Source: a virus. Taken from it: a DNA stretch of 64,000 nucleotides. Within the stretch, counting starts at the first letter, position 1. Each line of letters starts with the position of its first letter. A program made the translations under genes and the position numbers. Positions 37,820 through 47,613 of the stretch are shown in pieces. Under the pieces are notes generated by a model. The model saw nothing but the letters and a program-made list of their open reading frames with translations, did no database searches and was not told the DNA's origin. Location of the stretch: positions 9,110 to 73,109 of the IMG/VR virus record IMGVR_UViG_3300029893_000003, one strand, 5' to 3'.

Positions 37820-38386
37820 ATGAAGATATTAGAATTTCTTTATCGCTTGGATCGCATTTTCCCTAATGCCTACTTTAGTTTTGCTCCTGGCTGCAAGGAG
37901 CCGGGCTATGATGACAAACCAGTTATCATGGCGGATTGGAATAAAGTCCCAAAACACGTTTTTGACAAGTTAGAATCTCTTGGCTATGCCTGCGAATGGT
38001 TGGATGAATGGGCTACATGTGCTGAATGCAATAAAGCCGTTCGAACGAGTCCTAATTCGTATGACTGGACTTCAGCGTATGTTATCCAAGACGGTGATCT
38101 CTTGTGTCTAGATTGTGTCGATGCACAGGCGTACTACGAATCCATCGAAAATCGTTCTGATGTTGCTGCTAGTAATGAATTCGCCCACCATTACAAGCCG
38201 GAAGATTACGGCTATGTTAAAGTGAATGAAGATCATTACATTAATGGCCTTCACGGTATCGTAGATGATCCAAAGCAGATTCTAGGTGATCTTTTGAGCG
38301 ACGATCCTGAAGGACGATTCGTTTTTACACTGGACTATACGTCACAATTCGAAGTCGGGTTCAGTGTATACCGCAAAGTCGTTTAA
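37820..38386 (+). CDS. Hypothetical protein with CxxC motifs
   Basis: Start MKILEF after AGGAG; CAEC and CLDC. Confidence 0.7.
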   Translation: MKILEFLYRLDRIFPNAYFSFAPGCKEPGYDDKPVIMADWNKVPKHVFDKLESLGYACEWLDEWATCAECNKAVRTSPNSYDWTSAYVIQDGDLLCLDCVDAQAYYESIENRSDVAASNEFAHHYKPEDYGYVKVNEDHYINGLHGIVDDPKQILGDLLSDDPEGRFVFTLDYTSQFEVGFSVYRKVV

Positions 38387-38461
38387 TTAGTGTTTACTAC
38401 TTAGTGTATACTTAAATTTATTTTTCTTTGAATGTGTTCTGCTAAATCATAGGAGCGTATC

Positions 38462-38695
38462 ATGCTTAACATTTTCCGCCGTAAAAACAAATCAGTAACT
38501 AATAAGCCGATCTTTAAGGCGTCATTTGACACTACTGGCGTAATCACCTTACGCCACAATGGCGTAGTAGTTTGTCAAGGTGATATTCACGTCTTTAATC
38601 AATTCTTACGTGCCAATAAAATCCCGCGCGACCGCATCATCTGGGGCGAATATGACTCAATTAAAGAGTCATATTGGAAAAGTCGATACAATTGA
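38462..38695 (+). CDS. Hypothetical protein
   Basis: AGGAG RBS. Confidence 0.65.
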   Translation: MLNIFRRKNKSVTNKPIFKASFDTTGVITLRHNGVVVCQGDIHVFNQFLRANKIPRDRIIWGEYDSIKESYWKSRYN

Positions 38696-38927
38696 ACTAA
38701 TTAGAACACACAAACGTACCAGTGTAGCGATGCTTTGGGTGAGATTCCTATGCTACACTCCTGCCTTTCAGAGCGGCAGGGTATAGGTATCTGGTTTGTG
38801 TGTTTTGATTAGGCCCATCCTTATTGATAAGGAGTAGTAAGCTCATAATACTTAATTATACTTATATTTAATTTTTACTAGGGCATAGCGTAGCCTTTAC
38901 GCTAATAATCATATAAAGGAGAATACA

Positions 38928-39227
38928 ATGAATAACGAAGGCTTCAAGGGTGATAAACTTACCTATCCAGAAGGCACGACTCTTTGGGTACTGTGTAATG
39001 ACTCGTTTATGTCTGGATGGGGAAGGGCTGGGGGCGTTATTAATACCCTTATTTTCCCCTGCAAAGACCTAGCACAAGCGAACATTGTAGCCGATAATGC
39101 GAGACGCAGAGGCGATCAGAAATACGTGAGGATCGTAAGTCGCGCGCCCCGCCTGCGCGGCGGGCATTACTACCAAGTTAAAACCATTGACGAGTACCCT
39201 ATGTGGTACAAGTACGGGGCGTTTTAG
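38928..39227 (+). CDS. Hypothetical protein
   Basis: AAGGAG RBS. Confidence 0.7.
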   Translation: MNNEGFKGDKLTYPEGTTLWVLCNDSFMSGWGRAGGVINTLIFPCKDLAQANIVADNARRRGDQKYVRIVSRAPRLRGGHYYQVKTIDEYPMWYKYGAF

Positions 39228-39544
39228 TAGATCGATACTGTACATTACAAGTCCAGTAATGTACAGTAATGGGTCTATTATGGCGTTTATCTCGATTTGT
39301 TCTATACTGGCGAGAGTGACATTAAAATCGATAATGTGTCACTAGGCGCAAGTATCGGAGAAGGAGAGGGTACAATGTTAATGATGATTAACTACTCCAC
39401 TAGTACTGCGGTGATTATGTTCGCCGCGTACACTGTTATCGTGCCATATCGTATTGCTTCTAATTTATCCAGAAGCTTAGGTATGGCCAGTAATACATTC
39501 GCTACAAAGTCCGGTATCCTGCTAATTTGGCAAAGGAGTACACA

Positions 39545-39778
39545 ATGAATCGTATAGCCGTCTGTGAAGTATATTATCTAATCGAGGCGCTTTATAACGT
39601 CGGCGGGATCGTGCCCGAACGACCTTTAAATGCGCGACGTAGGGCACATCCCGAAAGCATCGGCGCACAATTAGCCCGTATGGGGTTTAAGCCCTCTCCG
39701 CTTCTCAGTATTGACCGACTGGATGAGGAACAACACAAATATTTCCGTACCCTATTATCGCGGTGGGGTATTAAATAA
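39545..39778 (+). CDS. Hypothetical protein
   Basis: Start MNRIAV after AAGGAG. Confidence 0.65.
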   Translation: MNRIAVCEVYYLIEALYNVGGIVPERPLNARRRAHPESIGAQLARMGFKPSPLLSIDRLDEEQHKYFRTLLSRWGIK

Positions 39779-39915
39779 TCTTACGTACATACTTATTACA
39801 TACTTATACTTACTTGTTTATACTTAAATTTAATTCTTTAATGGCGCGAAAAATCCGCCTATATATAGATACATTATACAAATCGGCGTATCCTGTTGGA
39901 TAAAAGGAGATTCAA

Positions 39916-40110
39916 ATGTACAACAAAGGTGATCAAGTTGAAGTCTTGCGTACCGGCTCTCGTATTTATGCTGGTACATGGAAAAAGGGAACCGTGATCG
40001 AATCTACTCCAAGCGCTACAGTAGTTAGCGTGGATTGTGGTAACAACCAAAGTCTGAAATATACGATCAAATCACAAGACGTTGATATTTATATTCGCCG
40101 TGTGAGTTAA
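39916..40110 (+). CDS. Small beta-rich (SH3/KOW-like) protein
   Basis: AAGGAG RBS; GDQVEV...GTVI pattern. Confidence 0.6.
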   Translation: MYNKGDQVEVLRTGSRIYAGTWKKGTVIESTPSATVVSVDCGNNQSLKYTIKSQDVDIYIRRVS

Positions 40111-40261
40111 GGAGAAAATAACGTGCCTAACCATCAAGCGAAAGACGATCCCGACAATCTCTTCCCGATCCTATGTATTTATGACTGGTATGACTAATCA
40201 TACCTACCTCTGCACATTGGAAATGGTGTGCAGTATTGGGATGAAAGTAAAGGAGTGTACC

Positions 40262-41185
40262 ATGCCTAAGAAAAATTCGGTTGAACGGCGTATCCTAGAC
40301 ACACTGATTAAAGCAGTCGAGTCTAGCGGATTGCTGCCCTGGCAACGTCCGTGGGTTGTTGCCCATCCTATCAATCTTGTGACATACAATGCTCACAAGT
40401 CCGAAGGCACACCGGAAGAAGTGTGTATTAAATACGGTTATAAGGGTATTAATCCCCTGCTCCTGTCACTGTCTGAATTTTCCAGCCCCTTTTGGTTTAC
40501 CTACAAACAGGCTACCGATTTGGGGTGGCAAATCCGCAAAGGTGAGAAGTCTTCTTTCATCGTTTACTGGAACATTTTTGAGAAGACTGTCACCGATGAT
40601 GACGGGGATGATCGTATCGTTAAAATCCCGTTCCTTCGGTATTATAACCTGTTTAACGTAGAGCAGGCCGATCCTGCTGAGGGTAAAGAACCTGCCCCTA
40701 TTCCTACGATTACAGATATTGATAAGACAGACCGCAAGCGTGATGATATTAAAGAACTACTTACAGCGTCATGGCTTGCGCCTACTACCTTTAAGGGTAC
40801 ACAAGCAGCGTACATCCCATCACAAGATCGGATCGTGATGCCCCCAGTGGATGCTTTTAAATCCTATGCTCATTTTTATTCGACGTGGGCGCATGAGGCA
40901 GTGCATAGTACCGGACACATCGACCGACTAGGGCGAGAGGGTGTTGTTAATCCTTCATTGTTTGGTAGTGAGAAATATGGGTTTGAAGAGTTGATCGCGT
41001 GTGTTGGTCAAGCGATGTTCTGTGCACGAGTCGGTGTGCAGAATGAGGACATGAATAAAAACGACGCAGCGTATCTCAAAAACTGGTTGCAAGTATTGAA
41101 AGATGATCCCCGCATGATCGTAAGGGCTGGATCACAAGCGCAACGTGCAATTGATTTTATCTTCGGTGACGACTCTCCCCGCTAA
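40262..41185 (+). CDS. ardC: ArdC-like ssDNA-binding antirestriction protein, C-terminus altered by IS insertion
   Basis: LPWQRPW, YKGIN, WFTYKQA...GWQIRKGEK, YNLFNVEQ, zincin AHEAVHSTGH, YGFEELIA. Confidence 0.85.
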   Translation: MPKKNSVERRILDTLIKAVESSGLLPWQRPWVVAHPINLVTYNAHKSEGTPEEVCIKYGYKGINPLLLSLSEFSSPFWFTYKQATDLGWQIRKGEKSSFIVYWNIFEKTVTDDDGDDRIVKIPFLRYYNLFNVEQADPAEGKEPAPIPTITDIDKTDRKRDDIKELLTASWLAPTTFKGTQAAYIPSQDRIVMPPVDAFKSYAHFYSTWAHEAVHSTGHIDRLGREGVVNPSLFGSEKYGFEELIACVGQAMFCARVGVQNEDMNKNDAAYLKNWLQVLKDDPRMIVRAGSQAQRAIDFIFGDDSPR

Positions 41186-42789
41186 AGCTAAAGCGGGGAG
41201 CTTCCCAGGGCACGCTCGCCGCAACCGGCCACGTTACGCTCTGGCGGCCCCGTCCGGGCCGGGTTGACCGCAAGCATCAGGATATTCCGAGGTTACACTG
41301 CCCATCACCGCGATCCATCCGTTGCAACAGCATCGCCGTTCTGAGCTTCGCGGGACACGTTTGACCCACTGGCCTGCGTTTCGTCCCGCGCGCCCGGTAC
41401 AGGCGCTTTCAACCCTAAGCGAAGGATGTTCTTCGCTGCGTTCACGTCGGCGTTTTCTTCATGCCCGCACGAAAGACACCGGAACCGCGCTTGTGTTTTA
41501 CGATTTTCGGCGTCCACTACGCCGCACTCGGAGCACGTTTGACTCGTGTACGCTGGCGGCACCTTGACCAACTGGACGCCGCGCTCGGCACACTTGTATT
41601 CGAGCAGTTGCCAGAAGGTCGCAAAGCCGGCATCGTGCGCGCTCATGGCGAGACGCTTGTTTTCGATCATGAAGTCCAGCGTCAGATCTTCGATGGCGAT
41701 CAGCCCGTAGGTGCTCGTGAGCCAGTCGGTGACGGTGTGCCAGAAATACCACCGCTGTTGTCTGATTCGGTCCTCCAGCTTGCGCAACTGGCGCTCGGTT
41801 TCCTGCATGCGCGTGGACTTGTGCCAGATGAACACGCCGGGTTTGGGCGTGCCGTCCGCATTGTAGTTCTGCGGGTTGTTGGCGCGGCGCTGGCGGTCCA
41901 GCTTGCGCATAAGCACGCGGCGCTTCTGCTGCCCTTCCCGATACCAGCGCGGGTTATCAATGGTCGTGCCGTCGCTGAGCGCCAGCAGGTAGACCATGCC
42001 CACGTCAATGCCAACGGCGGGCTTCTGTGAAGGTTCCGGCTCGGCGTCGGGTATTTCAAGCTGGAGGGCGGCGTACCACTGGCCGCGCCGGTTGCGCAGC
42101 ACGAGCACGTACTTGATGACGCTCAGGGGCGGCAGATCGCGGTGAAAGCGCAGACGGATGTCACCACAGTTGGCGATGCGCAGCTTAGCCCACCCGTCCG
42201 ACGTTTCGATGAGTTTGCACCCACTACCGTACTTGTAACCCAGGCTGCGGAAGTGGTAGCGCCCCTTGAAGCGCGGGAAGCCCGGTGTTTCGCCCGCCTT
42301 GACGCGGCGGAAGAACGCTTTATAGGCTTTGTCCAGGCGGCGCATAAGGTCATCTACCGTGTCATAGGGCAGCAGCCCGAACGTGTCCGGTTCCTCTTTG
42401 CGCAGTGCGCACCAGTGATCACGCAGGTCATACAGGCTGATGCTCTCGCCGCGTTCCTCATACGCTTCCTTGCGCATGGCGAGGGCACCGTTGTAGATTT
42501 TGCGCCCCTGCCACAGCAGGAAGTCGAACGTCCGCGCTTGCGCCCTCGTCGGATACAGCCGGTACTTGTACGTCCGAATCATCGCCGCCCCAGAACAGAA
42601 CACCCCGCCGAAGATTGTGTGTTGTCTAGGCACACGCGCGCGGCAGGGTGTTCCGTCCACAATCATAACGCACGTATCATGCCTAGACAACATTAGTATA
42701 CCGCACATTCGTTCGCAAAGCAAAATCAGAAAGGAGGCAAGCGCCATTCCCAACCGGGCTAAAACCCGGTGTCCCCTGGCGCAATTTCG
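41166..42789 (-). mobile_element. IS200/IS605-family tnpB-only element 2 inserted in the ardC 3' end
   Basis: LE CGAAATTGCGCCAGGGGACACCGGG after CCAT; RE GAAGCTCCCCGC...GCGGGGAGAGTCGTCAC; excision restores the ardC frame. Confidence 0.85.
41305..42582 (-). CDS. tnpB: RNA-guided endonuclease TnpB
   Basis: MIRTYKYRLYP, VGIDVGM, IAIEDL, YTSQTCSECG, NADVNAAKNI. Confidence 0.95.
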   Translation of the reverse strand: MIRTYKYRLYPTRAQARTFDFLLWQGRKIYNGALAMRKEAYEERGESISLYDLRDHWCALRKEEPDTFGLLPYDTVDDLMRRLDKAYKAFFRRVKAGETPGFPRFKGRYHFRSLGYKYGSGCKLIETSDGWAKLRIANCGDIRLRFHRDLPPLSVIKYVLVLRNRRGQWYAALQLEIPDAEPEPSQKPAVGIDVGMVYLLALSDGTTIDNPRWYREGQQKRRVLMRKLDRQRRANNPQNYNADGTPKPGVFIWHKSTRMQETERQLRKLEDRIRQQRWYFWHTVTDWLTSTYGLIAIEDLTLDFMIENKRLAMSAHDAGFATFWQLLEYKCAERGVQLVKVPPAYTSQTCSECGVVDAENRKTQARFRCLSCGHEENADVNAAKNILRLGLKAPVPGARDETQASGSNVSREAQNGDAVATDGSR

Positions 42790-42842
42790 ATGGGCACGTT
42801 AAGACATATGAGGATACAAGCGACAAAGAAGTTGAAGAATAG
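42790..42842 (+). pseudogene. Displaced native C-terminus of ardC (DGHVKTYEDTSDKEVEE*)
   Basis: Joining 41165 to 42790 gives in-frame ...DFIF-DGHVKTYEDTSDKEVEE-stop. Confidence 0.7.
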
Positions 42843-42846
42843 TTGC

Positions 42847-43047
42847 ATGATATTCACAGATAAGAAAACAAAACTATCCGTTGACGTATCGCCTAAGCTG
42901 GCGCAGGCATATCATATCTTGCGCCAGCATAACAAATATTTGACTATCGTCTCGGAAAACTATATACTACCAGAAAAAACGGCGTATGATATGCTAGCAT
43001 GTTTGGGGTATGAGTATGTAAATAATGGCTGGAATAGGTCGTCTTGA
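42847..43047 (+). CDS. Small hypothetical protein
   Basis: Likely start MIFTDKK. Confidence 0.5.
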   Translation: MIFTDKKTKLSVDVSPKLAQAYHILRQHNKYLTIVSENYILPEKTAYDMLACLGYEYVNNGWNRSS

Positions 43048-43086
43048 AAGCCTGCCTAAGCGGTGTTATACAAAGGAGAACAAATC

Positions 43087-44112
43087 ATGTTTTTCTTAAA
43101 CGGTCAAGAAGGAAATACAAAGAAAACGTGGGCTACTAATGAGTGGCCCCTTACTACTGTCGATGCGATTGCCGAAGTAGTCCGGCCCCTGTTGCCTTAT
43201 TCCTCTACTCTAGTAGACAAAATCTACACCGTTCTGGCGGCTATGCCCCTTGACATGCGCCCTGGTAAGGCATTTGCTAAGGCGTTCTATCAACACAATC
43301 AGATCAAACTGAGTGCAGAAATTAAAGCACAGATCGGCCAGCTTCTTTCATCTTTCGTAGACGAAAACCTAACGCTGCGTCTCACGTTGGGATGCCGCGG
43401 TTCTTCATGGGAGTATTACCACGAAGATAGTTGCTGGTGGGGCGACTTCGAAAGAAGCCGCGATGTATTGGAACACAACGGCGGGGGTGCGATTCGCGCC
43501 TATAATGAAGATGATGAACTAGTTGGAAGGGTATGGTTCTTGCCGTATGAGGATCATATCCTTTTGTTTAATAGCTACGGGAAGGGTGCGTTAGAACATA
43601 TTTATGCGTGGGGTGTTCTCGTAGAACAGGCGTTTGGGTGGAAATCCAAAAAAGTCTCTGCATATTTCAGTTGTGATAATTCCGATCTTTATGTCAACAG
43701 CCACACGATGGTGGTTGTTGGCCCTGAAATGTATGAAGGGGAAGGGCCTATTTACCCTAATATCGACGTAGATGCGCCGTATTATTACTCGTCTCCACCG
43801 GTGTATTGTTCTGGTTGTAATGAACGGGTAAGAGAAGAATATGCCTACTATCATAGACATGTGTATGGGATTGGCGAAGGGTATTTCTGTGAACCATGTC
43901 ATGAAGATATTGTAGATGTTACAGCAGGCCACTATGCCGGATATGAGGCGTTTTACAATGACGTATTTGAATTAGAGTATGGCGACTTTGCCACCTGTTT
44001 GGTGGAAGAAGTTGAATACAATGATCTTGGTAACGCCTACCTGCCAAAAGACGGTGTGGAAGTTGGGGGAAGGATCTATTCTCCAATTTCCCTTCCTCTA
44101 GAACAGGAGTAA
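43087..44112 (+). CDS. Paralog 1 of a tandem triplicated phage family (conserved SCWW...GGGA.RAY...GR.WFLPYED core; Cys-rich tail)
   Basis: Motifs shared with the next two ORFs. Confidence 0.8.
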   Translation: MFFLNGQEGNTKKTWATNEWPLTTVDAIAEVVRPLLPYSSTLVDKIYTVLAAMPLDMRPGKAFAKAFYQHNQIKLSAEIKAQIGQLLSSFVDENLTLRLTLGCRGSSWEYYHEDSCWWGDFERSRDVLEHNGGGAIRAYNEDDELVGRVWFLPYEDHILLFNSYGKGALEHIYAWGVLVEQAFGWKSKKVSAYFSCDNSDLYVNSHTMVVVGPEMYEGEGPIYPNIDVDAPYYYSSPPVYCSGCNERVREEYAYYHRHVYGIGEGYFCEPCHEDIVDVTAGHYAGYEAFYNDVFELEYGDFATCLVEEVEYNDLGNAYLPKDGVEVGGRIYSPISLPLEQE

Positions 44113-44117
44113 GTGCC

Positions 44118-45245
44118 ATGTTTTATGCAAACGGACAAAAGGGTAAGGCTGGGGCTAAGACTAACTGGCCTTACCCAACTATCGTAGAGGTCACAAAACT
44201 GGTACGAGAAGTGTCCTATCTGTACACGGACTCAATCAACTATCTACTAACAAACTGCCTCAATCCAAACATGAACATTGGTAAGGCGTTTGCTAGTGCC
44301 CTATATAAACAGTTTAAGGTGTCCTTACCAGAAGATACGAAAGCCAAGATCGGCTCCCTGCTGTCAGCGGTGCCGGATGAAGACACAGAAGTTGTCCTGA
44401 CATTGGGGTGTAAAGGTTCAGCACGTGACTACTATAACCCTGACTCCTGTTGGTGGAACGGGTATGCTCGTAGCCGTGATGTACTCGAATATAATGGGGG
44501 TGGGGCACTTCGCGCTTACAATGAGGATGGGACACTTATAGGACGTGCATGGTTTTTGCCTTATGAGGACTGGATCGTCGTGTTTAACTGTTATGGTGAT
44601 GGCAATCTACAACATGCCCAAACTTGGGCAAGCCTTATCAATAAGGCGTTCGGGTGGTATGCTGAGGTTGTTAAGACAGATGACTTCAGTATTGCTGTTG
44701 CTGATGAAGACCTGTTCGTAAACGATGCGGCAGGAGTCATTGTAGGAACCAAGCCCTACCCCAGAAAGAAAGTCCATGTTAGACCAGATGTAAATGCCCC
44801 GCATATTTACACTAGACCTACAGTTAAATGTGCTGTTTGTGGTTTACGAGTTAGTGTTCACAACATAACTGAAATTCATAGCCCTCTAATTCACTTAGAT
44901 AGTAACCTAGTATGTAATTACTGTCTCAACACTAACATAGATACCATTTCAGCAGGAAAATATGCTGGTCAACTAGCACTGTCTAGTCAGACAATATTTA
45001 TGAGCGACAATCGTACCTATTACTATAAAGACCCTGAAGTATACTGTGATCCGTTTGGTTGTTGGTGTTTTACAGAAGAGGCAATCAACGTAAATGGAAC
45101 ACTGTATGCTCCTTGTGTTATAGTAACGGATGTGTACGGGGGTGTTCATGTGCGTGGTATGGACACCTATCAGTATTGCCTCAGTTGCGGTAAGATTTTT
45201 CCAGCAGATGATCCACATTTTACGGAGGGCTGCAATGAAAATTGA
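44118..45245 (+). CDS. Paralog 2 of the tandem family
   Basis: IGKAFA, LTLGCKGS, SCWW, NGGGALRAY, GRAWFLPYED. Confidence 0.8.
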   Translation: MFYANGQKGKAGAKTNWPYPTIVEVTKLVREVSYLYTDSINYLLTNCLNPNMNIGKAFASALYKQFKVSLPEDTKAKIGSLLSAVPDEDTEVVLTLGCKGSARDYYNPDSCWWNGYARSRDVLEYNGGGALRAYNEDGTLIGRAWFLPYEDWIVVFNCYGDGNLQHAQTWASLINKAFGWYAEVVKTDDFSIAVADEDLFVNDAAGVIVGTKPYPRKKVHVRPDVNAPHIYTRPTVKCAVCGLRVSVHNITEIHSPLIHLDSNLVCNYCLNTNIDTISAGKYAGQLALSSQTIFMSDNRTYYYKDPEVYCDPFGCWCFTEEAINVNGTLYAPCVIVTDVYGGVHVRGMDTYQYCLSCGKIFPADDPHFTEGCNEN

Positions 45246-46434
45246 AGATGGTAAGACGGGTGTTACTACCTCGCGATCTGGTGCCTGGTGGACAATGTCC
45301 TTATTGCGACAACTTTATGACGCTTTACAAGTAGATGTCTCACCGCGGGATATCAGCCTCTCACCCTACAGTATCGAAGAAATTTTAGAAAATCTTGATC
45401 AGGATATGCGTCCTGGCAAGGCATTTGCTAAAACATTTTTCAAACTGCGGGGAATAAAACTGTCTCCCAAAACAATAGCCGAAGTAGGCAACCTCATTGC
45501 AGCACTACCAGAAGAGCCGCTTACCCTGCGTTTGACGTTGGGGTGTGATGGTACACGCGAAGAGTATTACAATGATCGAAGCTGTTGGTGGACGAATTTC
45601 CCTAGAGCGAGGGACATTCTGCATTTCAACGGTGGGGGTGCGATACGCGCCTATAAAAATGAGGAACTAATCGGACGTGCGTGGTTTTTGCCTTATGAAG
45701 ATTGGATTGTGTTGTTCAATTTCTATGGGCAGGGCGCTCTACAACACGCTCAAACGTGGATGACCGTTACCAGCCAAGCCTTTGGTTGGATTACGGCTAT
45801 TCAGAGTATAGATTTTGAATGTTCAAAAGAAGATTTATATGTTAACTCTCCTACTTGTGTGGTAGCAGGGACCGTCCCTGCCCCACGCATTTATGTCATC
45901 AAACCCGAACTAGATGTGCCCTATCTCTATTCTAAAAAAGAAATTTGCTGTGAGAATTGTGGGGACTGCTTTCCAGAAGAGAACGTGCGATTCATGGAAG
46001 ATACCCTGATAGAACCAGGATATTACTGTGAAAACTGTGAGCGAGACTTGCTCCAAATTACAGCAGGTAGTTATGTTGGGGAGTGGTGTTTCTACAATTC
46101 AGCAGTGTTTCTTGATGATGAGATTTACTTTCACGGCGATCAAGAGATCGTGCTTGATCCGTGCGGTGCTTGGTGCCGTTGTGCTGATGCAATTCGGGTT
46201 GGGGAATTTTACTATGCCCAACAGTCTCTAGTAATAGATGAATACGGTACACCACACCCGCGCAACGGGGGTACGTGGCAGCGGTGTGGGTGGTGTGGTA
46301 AAATATACCCTAGGGGGGATGAACATTTTGCACAATGCTGCCAACAACACCTAGCAAGACGACAGCAGCGTGCAGAGGTTAGACAGGGGTTGGAAGAACG
46401 CATTACTCAAAGACTTTACAATGATATGTTGTGA
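45235..46434 (+). CDS. Paralog 3 of the tandem family
   Basis: Start MKIEDG after GGAGG; RPGKAFAK, LTLGCDG, SCWW, NGGGAIRAY, GRAWFLPYED. Confidence 0.8.
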   Translation: MKIEDGKTGVTTSRSGAWWTMSLLRQLYDALQVDVSPRDISLSPYSIEEILENLDQDMRPGKAFAKTFFKLRGIKLSPKTIAEVGNLIAALPEEPLTLRLTLGCDGTREEYYNDRSCWWTNFPRARDILHFNGGGAIRAYKNEELIGRAWFLPYEDWIVLFNFYGQGALQHAQTWMTVTSQAFGWITAIQSIDFECSKEDLYVNSPTCVVAGTVPAPRIYVIKPELDVPYLYSKKEICCENCGDCFPEENVRFMEDTLIEPGYYCENCERDLLQITAGSYVGEWCFYNSAVFLDDEIYFHGDQEIVLDPCGAWCRCADAIRVGEFYYAQQSLVIDEYGTPHPRNGGTWQRCGWCGKIYPRGDEHFAQCCQQHLARRQQRAEVRQGLEERITQRLYNDML

Positions 46435-46622
46435 AACATTCTGTTCGAAGAAGAGAAAGAAGAATGATTGTTTACGTTCTCTTCCGTGTTGAGGACGGGG
46501 TGTTTACTACCGTCCTCAACATTTCTTACACCGCATTAGACAGCCAACGTGCTATCTTACAACAAACAGGTGAAGTTTGTCAGGTTATTCTATACCTAGA
46601 GGGGATTTTTGATGAAATTTGA
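46431..46622 (+). CDS. Small hypothetical protein
   Basis: Fills the gap between coupled ORFs. Confidence 0.4.
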   Translation: MKHSVRRRERRMIVYVLFRVEDGVFTTVLNISYTALDSQRAILQQTGEVCQVILYLEGIFDEI

Positions 46623-47613
46623 CTATGATATGCTCAAGACAGTCTGCAATCTTCCGATTGAGGACTTCCGTGGATTAGGGACTTACGTGCCCTATTCAAT
46701 CAATAGTGGGTATACATTCATTGACCGGGGTGCTAAAATCCTGGCCGTAGCACATTTGGATACGGTACAAGACAAAACTCATTTCTATGTTGAGTCGTAT
46801 GATGACGTTGGAGATGTGGTCTTTTCTCCACGTCTTGATGATCGACTCGGCGTTTACCTTTTGCTCGAATACCTGCCTCTACTCGGCTTTCAGTATGATA
46901 TCCTTTTGTGTGAGGATGAAGAATTTGGCATGAGTACAGCAGCAGGCTTTGATCCTTTTGATGATCAGATGCCTGAGTTTGGTAAGCGATATAACTGGAT
47001 GTTTGAGTTTGATCGGGGTGGATCGGACACCGTACTCTACCGCTACCACACAACAGAACTTGCCTCGTGGCTAAATCAGTGCGGTACTCAAGTTGGGTAT
47101 GGTTCCTATACTGATATTTGTGAGCTAGAGGACCTGGGTTGCAAGGGTATTAACTTTGCAACGGGGTACTACAGCTACCACCAGATCAATGCCTATGCCC
47201 TGATCGAAGAGACTCTAGCAGGCGTTGATGCGTTTAAAAATTTCTATCAACGATTCAGCCACAAACACCTGGATCACGTCAAGCTAAAGTATTCCTGGAA
47301 GTCTCGGTACGATAAGTGTGGCAAGTACGGAGAAAATGATAACGAGTATACATGGAATAAGTGGGGCACAGTGATGTGTCCTAACTGTAAGGGGCACTAT
47401 GATTCCGAAGATGAGCGGGTGAACATTGAAACCTTCGGGCGGTGTGGTGCCTGTATGAAATTTCTACCTGTAATCCACTCCGCTACCTGCCCTTTTTGCC
47501 AGCGTAAATATACATCGCAAGAACACATAAAATCAATCACAGATGCGGGTATGTGCCTAGACTGTATGGACGAAGCTCTAGAGGACATGTGGCGGCGGGG
47601 AGAAGAGGACTAA
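46612..47613 (+). CDS. M20/M28-family zinc peptidase-like protein with C-terminal CxxC repeats
   Basis: VAHLDTV, LDDRLG, EDEEFG, FEFDRGG, SYTDI, GYYSYH metal-ligand motifs. Confidence 0.75.
   Translation: MKFDYDMLKTVCNLPIEDFRGLGTYVPYSINSGYTFIDRGAKILAVAHLDTVQDKTHFYVESYDDVGDVVFSPRLDDRLGVYLLLEYLPLLGFQYDILLCEDEEFGMSTAAGFDPFDDQMPEFGKRYNWMFEFDRGGSDTVLYRYHTTELASWLNQCGTQVGYGSYTDICELEDLGCKGINFATGYYSYHQINAYALIEETLAGVDAFKNFYQRFSHKHLDHVKLKYSWKSRYDKCGKYGENDNEYTWNKWGTVMCPNCKGHYDSEDERVNIETFGRCGACMKFLPVIHSATCPFCQRKYTSQEHIKSITDAGMCLDCMDEALEDMWRRGEED

Noticed and set aside
41166-42789. IStron (group I intron-IS hybrid) in ardC
   Set aside because: The element is antisense to ardC and no group I core is visible.
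41322-42802. Several overlapping ORFs within IS element 2
   Set aside because: High-GC shadow frames of tnpB; none resembles TnpA (no HUH/Y1 motif).
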